From a virus (taxonomy: Duplodnaviria; Caudoviricetes), in IMG/VR virus record IMGVR_UViG_3300012348_000118, positions 1-31,121 of that record: 31,121 nt of DNA, one strand, 5' to 3'. The notes below the pieces were generated by a model, which was not told the DNA's origin, searched no databases, and was given only the letters and a program-made list of their open reading frames with translations. Shown piece after piece: positions 24,705-31,121 of the stretch (positions are counted from its first letter, which is position 1; the number at the start of each line of letters is the position of its first letter). The position numbers and the translations under genes were made by a program.

Positions 24705-24952
24705 ACAGCATAAGCATCAAACGGTTGGTCGTCGTTGTTATCGTGGCTTTTGTAGCTGCATTCACGAGTGTATTCGGTGATGGCATCCGTACTGCACAAG
24801 CGCAGGACATCGCCGAACTGGGCGCAGTGATGGCACTGTACGGAAGCAAGGCGGTAGCGGCTGGCGTCTCCGCTGCGGTGTCTAGTGTGCTGGCGTTCCT
24901 AACGATGCCGTTCAAGGGTGTTGAGGCGAACAGCCTGAAGGTGGGCAAATGA
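24701..24952 (+). CDS. Holin-like membrane protein
   Basis: 83 aa, two hydrophobic segments, basic C-terminus, ATGA coupling. Confidence 0.6.
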   Translation: MNSISIKRLVVVVIVAFVAAFTSVFGDGIRTAQAQDIAELGAVMALYGSKAVAAGVSAAVSSVLAFLTMPFKGVEANSLKVGK

Positions 24953-25176
24953 ACCTGCAAAACTACCGCTTGGAACCTAATCCAAACGTCCCCGGTGACT
25001 GGATTGTCTTTGGTGATATCTACGACAACGAGGGCAACCTGCTAGGTACGTTTGGCGAGAATGGCACGTCTATCTTTGGTTGGTGGGCTTTACAGGACGC
25101 ACAGTTTCAGCAAGGTTATAGCAACCAATTTGCAGTGATTATGGCTCAAGAAATTGTAGCAGGGACGGCTGAATAA
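24949..25176 (+). CDS. Hypothetical acidic protein (75 aa)
   Basis: Coupled on both sides (ATGA, TAATG). Confidence 0.7.
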   Translation: MNLQNYRLEPNPNVPGDWIVFGDIYDNEGNLLGTFGENGTSIFGWWALQDAQFQQGYSNQFAVIMAQEIVAGTAE

Positions 25177-27281
25177 TGGCGACCTATTACGTTCGTGTTG
25201 ACGGCAGTGATTCAAATACTGGATTAGGTTCCGGTACTGCACAAGCGTGGCAGACGATAACCAAGGCTATCGGTGCAACCGGTATCGCTCCGGGTGACAC
25301 GTTGTACATTGCTCCCGGTGTTTATCGTGGTGTATTTACAGCTGGATTTACTAGTCCATCAAGTAATGCACAACGCATTACGATTGAAGGAAATCCATCT
25401 GCGTCACAGTTTAGCGGTGTGACTGCTGGTCCTGTTATCATTACTAACTACACAAGCAACACAGCATATACAACAGGAACAGCTCTCACTTGTGATAAAG
25501 ATTTTGTGACTTTACGCAATCTTTGTTTTTGTGCTGATGTACCGGGCGCTCCGCCATATTATGGTTCTCTTAGTTCCACGTCAACTTATATGATCGTTGA
25601 CAAATGTTTGTTTTGGCAACCATCGTCCAACTTAATAAAATACGGTTGCTTGTTAACTATAAAGGGTGGAACACAAGGACCGACCGTAACTAATAGTGTG
25701 TTTATAAACTCAATTTTAAATTTGTCTGGTGCTGCACATAGTGGGCAATGGGATTCGCAGACTGTCGTTACAGATTGTGTTTTGATATCTAATATGAGCA
25801 ACGCAAATGGTAATGATGCTATTCAGTTGTACTCAGTGACTGGATCACAATATGGTGGGATAAAAATTACAAACTGTTTTATGCAGGCTGCAAATGGCGT
25901 TCACGTTCTGAATGCGCTTTCTGCTACATCGTTGACGTATATACAAAATTGCTATATTGAATCTAGTAACATTTGTGTATATGCTAACGTGAGTCAAACA
26001 TCAAACGTTTTGCAAAGTTACAACATTTTAAACGGGTCAACTACTGTGACAAATGTAGCAACTAATGTAACGACGAAGACTAACGTTTTCAATCCAATAA
26101 ATGCAGCGATAAGCAAGATTCAAGGATGGGCTGATTATCCGTTCATTAGCCCATTGGTATCATCGCAGACTGCTATAAACGCTGGAATCAATACGTTTAG
26201 CCCAGCCGCTGATATCTTTGGTACAACGTGGCTTGCTCCTACAACTCCAACGATTGGCTCATCCGAATATCAAAGCTACACTCCATCCAGTCAATATCTA
26301 CCAACCGAGCGCAACGCCAGCACCATCACAATCGCTCCGGGTAGCACATCGCAATCCATAGAGTTGTATCTTGGTATAACTGGATTAACAGCATCTACAA
26401 GTAACCTCACAGCCCGTTACAACCGCACACGCACTACATCTGTAAGCATCCCTCTAGTAGCGCGTACCATCGCTCAGGCGTGGACTTCTGGTGGCTTTGC
26501 GGAGGTAGACGCAACCAATATGCCGGGCGTGTATCGATTAGACCTCCCTGATGCTGCATTGGCTGCTGGTGCTGACGATGTCACTGTAGTTGTACGTGGT
26601 GCTTCTGGTACTAACGGTGCTGTCATGACGGTGAAACTGTCATCTGGTGGCTTGACATCAGCGCAGACGGCATCTGCTGTGCTTGATGCTTTAACAGATG
26701 ATCATCAGATACATGGAACGTTTGGATATAACTTGCTTCGCGCAGATGCTCCTTCCAAGGAAGGTCTGGTCACATTACATCAGTCTGGTGGCATCAGCCG
26801 AGTGGATGCGGATATTCACGCTATTGCAAACGACACGGACGCCGCCACGGAGCTGAAGGGCGCTCTCCTTCACAATGGAACGGACTACATCTCTGCAGAT
26901 CTGTTGACGCCAGTCTCAGCTGCAACAAGCGTACACATCGGACCTTATCAACTCCTGGCTGATGGCCTCGGAGCAGATCAGCCACTTGATGTTAATGTCG
27001 GCACGGCCACGAGCATCGATGTCCAGGTCACTGATGCGAATGGCACAGGCATCGACATCACTGGCGCGACGGTCACTGCGAAGGTTTACAGCTCAGCGGG
27101 GACACTCGTCGCAACATACAGCGGAACCGCGACGTATGCGGACAATGGACGCCTGTCATTCGGTCTCACGACTACGGTGACAAACACGTCTGGCACGTAC
27201 ACTGTAACTGTGACCAGGACAACCGGCGCGACAGACACGCAGGTATTCGGTCCACTGAAACTCTATGTGAGGCCAGTATGA
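25176..27281 (+). CDS. Beta-helix (pectin-lyase-like) fibre/spike protein with C-terminal Ig/BppU-like domain (701 aa)
   Basis: ATYYV..DGSDSNTG....AWQTITKA......PGDTLYIAPGVY N-cap, then N/C-rich beta-helix rungs, then IDITGATVT at the C-terminus. Confidence 0.72.
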   Translation: MATYYVRVDGSDSNTGLGSGTAQAWQTITKAIGATGIAPGDTLYIAPGVYRGVFTAGFTSPSSNAQRITIEGNPSASQFSGVTAGPVIITNYTSNTAYTTGTALTCDKDFVTLRNLCFCADVPGAPPYYGSLSSTSTYMIVDKCLFWQPSSNLIKYGCLLTIKGGTQGPTVTNSVFINSILNLSGAAHSGQWDSQTVVTDCVLISNMSNANGNDAIQLYSVTGSQYGGIKITNCFMQAANGVHVLNALSATSLTYIQNCYIESSNICVYANVSQTSNVLQSYNILNGSTTVTNVATNVTTKTNVFNPINAAISKIQGWADYPFISPLVSSQTAINAGINTFSPAADIFGTTWLAPTTPTIGSSEYQSYTPSSQYLPTERNASTITIAPGSTSQSIELYLGITGLTASTSNLTARYNRTRTTSVSIPLVARTIAQAWTSGGFAEVDATNMPGVYRLDLPDAALAAGADDVTVVVRGASGTNGAVMTVKLSSGGLTSAQTASAVLDALTDDHQIHGTFGYNLLRADAPSKEGLVTLHQSGGISRVDADIHAIANDTDAATELKGALLHNGTDYISADLLTPVSAATSVHIGPYQLLADGLGADQPLDVNVGTATSIDVQVTDANGTGIDITGATVTAKVYSSAGTLVATYSGTATYADNGRLSFGLTTTVTNTSGTYTVTVTRTTGATDTQVFGPLKLYVRPV

Positions 27282-27634
27282 GTGTGAACATCATCAACAT
27301 CACCGAAGACCCAGAACAGGTTGTGCAGCTCGCAGCCTGGACGGGTGACTGGCACACGTACGTGGTGCGTCTGGTGGATTCAAACGGCTCACCGATTGAC
27401 ATCACGACAGGCACTCTCGGAGCGACATTCACTAACGCCGCCACAGGCATCGCTTATTCGTTCGGCGGAGGAAGTGTCACACTCACAAAATCGATGGCCA
27501 CACAGGGCATTGTGACGGTTCTGAACCCAGCTGCTTATCCAACAGCAGCTGTCGTGCGTCTGACAATCTCGCTTACAGTTTCGACTACTGTGCGACGCTT
27601 CGGTCCACTTCTAATCGAGGTTCTGGCTCCGTGA
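27278..27634 (+). CDS. BppU/Ig-like small structural protein
   Basis: GD......RLVDSNGSPIDIT...FGPL resembles the C-terminal domain of the preceding gene (VTDANGTGIDIT...FGPL). Confidence 0.6.
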   Translation: MSVNIINITEDPEQVVQLAAWTGDWHTYVVRLVDSNGSPIDITTGTLGATFTNAATGIAYSFGGGSVTLTKSMATQGIVTVLNPAAYPTAAVVRLTISLTVSTTVRRFGPLLIEVLAP

Positions 27635-28014
27635 CCGTTAAGGTTGACCTCTCCGGGTTTGACGATGCGGAGAAGCGTTTTCGCATGCTGGCTGTATTTC
27701 TCCAGAATGCGGTGAGTGCTTCTTATACCGGAATGATTGGACTGATGACTGGTCCGAAGTCTGGACGACGATACAAAGTCGGCAGAACGACTTATCAAGC
27801 ATCAGCGCCAGGACAAGCACCAGCTGTGCGAACTGGATTTCTGCGGACATCCATCACCATCAATAAGGTCAATGATTACGAGTATTTCATCAGCATCGCA
27901 GCGCCTTATGGCAAGATACTCGAGTTCAAGAAGAATCGTCCGTTCGCAATACCTGCCAGCACGAAGGCATGGTCCGTGTTTCAAGGTGTAGTGGGGAAGT
28001 ACTTCAATGGTTGA
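27631..28014 (+). CDS. HK97 gp10-like tail completion protein
   Basis: ASAPGQAPAVRTGFLRTSI, APYGKILEF and RPFAIPA. Confidence 0.85.
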   Translation: MTVKVDLSGFDDAEKRFRMLAVFLQNAVSASYTGMIGLMTGPKSGRRYKVGRTTYQASAPGQAPAVRTGFLRTSITINKVNDYEYFISIAAPYGKILEFKKNRPFAIPASTKAWSVFQGVVGKYFNG

Positions 28015-28489
28015 GTCTTTAGTCGTCGATGAGTGGATCTATGACACGCTCACAGCTGACGCAACACTTCAGGGACTGCTTGCAGTCGACAATCGAGCGC
28101 CATCGTACCAGCAGGGAATATACCTGTATATGGCTCCGGAACAGGACCCGATCAGTCTGCGACAGCCACAGGTGCCATACATCGTTGTTCGTCACACTGA
28201 TGGTGGCCAAGAGGATACGCAGTCAATGTGTGGCGGTCGTATCGTTACGAGTTCAGTACACCAGGTATGGTGCTGGGACACTCAAAGCGGTGCAGTCTCG
28301 ATGGCGCGTATCAAGGGCATCGTCGACAGAATCGATACACTGCTAAACAAACAGTCGGTCAATACAACGACAGCTGTTTTCTTTTTGAATCGCACATCAG
28401 TCAACTCAAGCGTGGACGTCAGCCAGGATGGTCGCGTTGATAATGGCATCAGTCTTGTATTCGTTGCCACAATAACTCCAGAGGTATAA
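28007..28489 (+). CDS. Tail terminator-like protein
   Basis: IYDTLTADATL..LL, IY...AP, PYIVV and IVDRIDTLL. Located before the major tail protein. Confidence 0.75.
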   Translation: MVESLVVDEWIYDTLTADATLQGLLAVDNRAPSYQQGIYLYMAPEQDPISLRQPQVPYIVVRHTDGGQEDTQSMCGGRIVTSSVHQVWCWDTQSGAVSMARIKGIVDRIDTLLNKQSVNTTTAVFFLNRTSVNSSVDVSQDGRVDNGISLVFVATITPEV

Positions 28490-28493
28490 CCAC

Positions 28494-28946
28494 ATGTCCC
28501 GTCCGCTTCTCGCCAAAGATGTAACACTTACAATCACGTTCACCGCAGCCGCTTTGACTGGTGACACGACTGCACTTCCAACCACGACCGCAACATCCGT
28601 GGTTTGTTTGGCAAAGTCATTCTCGGCAACTGTCACACAGAACTTGGTCAATGCGACCGCGCTTTGTGCCGTCTACGAGGCATCTCTCGCGACTACACAG
28701 GCCGGAACTGTTAACCTCGAACTTTATGTTGACAGTGTCCTCGGACCGCTGTTCCAATCGAAACTAGGTTTCGGCTGTGAGATTGATGTAGACTTAGATG
28801 GTGCTGGTTCGGTTGCAGGCGCTGTACTCAAGTACTTCGGCATGGTTACCGAGGCAGGACTAAGTCTAACGCCAGAGGAGACACAGACCGAGACCGCGAC
28901 CATCAAACTCGGTGTGAGCGGAATCACTGGTCTGTCAGGATCATAA
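28494..28946 (+). CDS. Major tail (tube) protein
   Basis: Synteny, 150 aa beta-rich sequence, GAGG SD. Confidence 0.7.
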   Translation: MSRPLLAKDVTLTITFTAAALTGDTTALPTTTATSVVCLAKSFSATVTQNLVNATALCAVYEASLATTQAGTVNLELYVDSVLGPLFQSKLGFGCEIDVDLDGAGSVAGAVLKYFGMVTEAGLSLTPEETQTETATIKLGVSGITGLSGS

Positions 28947-29320
28947 TGAGTTCAATCTTCGACAACATTCCAAAGCTTGACGGTCGGCCTAATCACGTAG
29001 TCGACATCGAGCGCTTCATCGGCGCACCAGGAACAATCACATTCCGTGAGCCAAAGGCAGCGGACCTTTTCCCGCGACCTGAAGTCGAGAAGATGTTGAA
29101 GATTGCTTTCCCTGAGTTTCCCGCTCAGATGCTCCAGATTCTCATGATCATGGCGCGTTGTTATGTGGTCCAGCCAGGTGATGGCGAAATCAATCCAGCG
29201 CGAAGGTTCGCACAGCTCGCTCGTGACCGCTCTGACATATACCTCTATGTGGTCGGAGAGTTCGCGAAGGCATTCCCGATTGACATTGAGCAGGCTGTAG
29301 ACGAAGTCCCAAACGACTAG
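28946..29320 (+). CDS. Tail assembly chaperone (gpG-like)
   Basis: Lies between tube and tape measure genes and ends in the slippery site C CCA AAC. Confidence 0.78.
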   Translation: MSSIFDNIPKLDGRPNHVVDIERFIGAPGTITFREPKAADLFPRPEVEKMLKIAFPEFPAQMLQILMIMARCYVVQPGDGEINPARRFAQLARDRSDIYLYVVGEFAKAFPIDIEQAVDEVPND

Positions 29321-29499
29321 GCGGGGTGGCGCAGAAGATCTTATACAACAGTGTGAGACATCTGAAGCGCCATCCCCGTGAGACTGACTTGACACTCGAG
29401 GAGTTCGCCGAAGTCGCATGGGCCGGAGAGGTCTGGGAAAATCAAATCGTTGAGATAGTCAAGGCCGTGATGTCGGTCCTGGCAAAGAGGACCATCTGA
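29308..29499 (+). CDS. -1 frameshift extension of tail chaperone (gpT-like); absent from the ORF track
   Basis: The -1 frame from CCCAAAC is open: RLGGVAQKILYNSVRHLKRHPRETDLTLEEFAEVAWAGEVWENQIVEIVKAVMSVLAKRTI*. Its TGA overlaps the tape measure ATG. Confidence 0.8.
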   Translation, partial: PKRLGGVAQKILYNSVRHLKRHPRETDLTLEEFAEVAWAGEVWENQIVEIVKAVMSVLAKRTI

Positions 29500-31064
29500 T
29501 GGCACTAGGCATATTCGACATTATCTTCAAGGTGAGTGGCGCTGGTGATGCAGTCCAGGCACTGAAGAACATCAAGAGCGAAGCAAAGCAAGCGGCTGAT
29601 GGTTTGACGCAAACACAGCAGTCTGCCGGCAATCTTGCGAATCAGTTCAAAGGTTTACTCGCAGGAGCGGCTGTCGCTGGCTTCGCGAAATCCGCGCTCG
29701 ATGCAGCTGTAAATTACGATTCACTACAGCGAGCGCTGGCAACGACAGTCGGTTCAACGTCTGAACTCACAGCTGAGATGGACAGGCTTCGGAAGATTGC
29801 ACTCCTTCCTGGAATCAACCTCGAGCAGACGGTCAAAGGTTTCATTCGTCTGAGATCCGCGAAGTTTGACGCCAACACAGCAGAAAAAGCACTCGCTGGT
29901 GTAGCGAATGCTGTGGCCTCGGTTGGTGCATCTGCCGATACAGTCGAGCGTGTCATCACCGCGATGTCACAGCTTGCCAACGGAACACAAGTAAACCAAG
30001 AAGAACTGAACCAACTTCGCGAAGCATTGCCATCGTTTGGTAAAGCAATGGAGGCGGCGTTCGGTACGCAATCAGCCGAGCAGATTCGCAAGATGGGCAT
30101 CAGTGGTGCAGATGCGGCTAAGCGTATCGCTGACGCATTCAATGCCATGCCTAAGGCATCCGCAGGACTTCAGACAGCGGTCGACAACGTAGCAGACACA
30201 TACAATCAGCTACAGGTAGCAGTCGGGAATGTTATGGCCTCGATGCTTATGGCATTTGGTCCGACGGTTACATCGGCGCTCGAATCGGTTACCAAACTGA
30301 TTCAACAGATGACCACGGCTGGCACTGCTGCGAATGCAATGTTCAAAGTCCTGATCGGTATCGGTCTGGCTGCATTCATCGTTGACCTGTCGAGTAAGTT
30401 CGGAATGTTTGTCAAAGCGATTTATACGACTGTGACGGCGCTTCGTGCATTGACAGTCGCGGAGATTGTCGCAAAAGCAGCTGCGAATCCAGCGGCTGCG
30501 GCTGCTTCAATCGGTGCCATAATCGCGGCGGCTGGTCTTTCCGTTGGTGCATTTGCCATCATGGACAAGATGTTCAAAACACCTGCAATGCCTCAAGTTC
30601 AGGCTACAGGTGGAACTACATCAATATTGCCTCCACCTGCGACTATGAGTCCGATTGCACCTGGAATCAAACGCAGTGGTGTCACCGATTCACCAGCACT
30701 GAGTCCTGGACATGGACTGGCGCAAACGATGATAGACATCGCGAAATACGCAGCCAAAATGCAGGAATCATTTGTCGAGATGGCAAAGACCATGGAGGCT
30801 CAGTTGTTCGAGATTGCCAAGAACACTGGTTCGACTCGTGACCTTCTCGACCTTCGTAAACAAACCTTCGGTGGCGGTCGCTTAGGCGCCATCGGTGTGA
30901 CGGCTGCGGAACTGAACGCTGGCAATAACGCCACGAATCAAGGTGGCGTCGGCATCATTCCACAGACACTTATCCCTGCATCGACTGACCTCGAGCGAGC
31001 GATGCGGAAGATGATGATTCAGCAGGGACGACAAACACTCGTGACGGAAATGAGAAGAATCTAA
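29499..31064 (+). CDS. Tape measure protein (521 aa)
   Basis: Ala-rich helical sequence with tape-measure motif AMSQLA....VNQEELNQLREALP. Confidence 0.9.
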   Translation: MALGIFDIIFKVSGAGDAVQALKNIKSEAKQAADGLTQTQQSAGNLANQFKGLLAGAAVAGFAKSALDAAVNYDSLQRALATTVGSTSELTAEMDRLRKIALLPGINLEQTVKGFIRLRSAKFDANTAEKALAGVANAVASVGASADTVERVITAMSQLANGTQVNQEELNQLREALPSFGKAMEAAFGTQSAEQIRKMGISGADAAKRIADAFNAMPKASAGLQTAVDNVADTYNQLQVAVGNVMASMLMAFGPTVTSALESVTKLIQQMTTAGTAANAMFKVLIGIGLAAFIVDLSSKFGMFVKAIYTTVTALRALTVAEIVAKAAANPAAAAASIGAIIAAAGLSVGAFAIMDKMFKTPAMPQVQATGGTTSILPPPATMSPIAPGIKRSGVTDSPALSPGHGLAQTMIDIAKYAAKMQESFVEMAKTMEAQLFEIAKNTGSTRDLLDLRKQTFGGGRLGAIGVTAAELNAGNNATNQGGVGIIPQTLIPASTDLERAMRKMMIQQGRQTLVTEMRRI

Positions 31065-31121
31065 TGGCGACAAACTGGCCACTGCTGGTCGAGGTCGACT
31101 GTCCTGAGCCACGTCCTGACC
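30835..31121. repeat. Imperfect terminal direct repeat, right copy (includes the start of the 746-aa gene at 31064)
   Basis: MATNWPLLVEVDCPEPRPD is encoded at both 233 and 31064. Confidence 0.92.

Noticed and set aside
1-31121. Diversity-generating retroelement explaining the diverged repeat
   Set aside because: No reverse transcriptase is present, and the differences are mostly synonymous and not adenine-specific.

Overview
The window is an essentially complete, circularly permuted genome (about 30.8 kb) of a tailed dsDNA phage with HK97-type head genes and a siphovirus-type non-contractile tail. Its ends overlap: 1-290 is homologous to 30835-31121, but the two copies are diverged alleles. 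In window order it holds two large tail-tip proteins, a CHAP endolysin and tRNA-Ser(GCT), then a leftward early operon (Zn-finger protein, ERF, three unknowns, ThyX, HNH, small unknown) and overlapping divergent promoters. A rightward block follows: Cro-like HTH, full-length RpoD-like sigma factor, VRR-NUC, RepB-type primase and SF4 helicase (DUF3310 antisense within it), then an iteron/hairpin origin, an SSB-like protein, two DUF2829/Tad2-like domains (one fused to HTHs) and a second HNH. The rest is terminase, portal with an extra C-terminal domain, head genes, membrane proteins, a beta-helix fibre, tail genes with a -1 frameshifted chaperone, and tape measure. I see no integrase, CI repressor, DNA polymerase, reverse transcriptase or CRISPR array. 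The most unusual signals are (i) 25-bp 10-5-10 palindromes starting at the stop codons on both sides of the endolysin, which translate to peptides resembling a RhuM-family motif (possible decoy or self-tag sites), (ii) the HTH-Tad2-like fusion beside a stand-alone Tad2-like gene, and (iii) a sigma70 with substitutions in -10 recognition residues. All family calls are by-eye motif recognition, not database searches.
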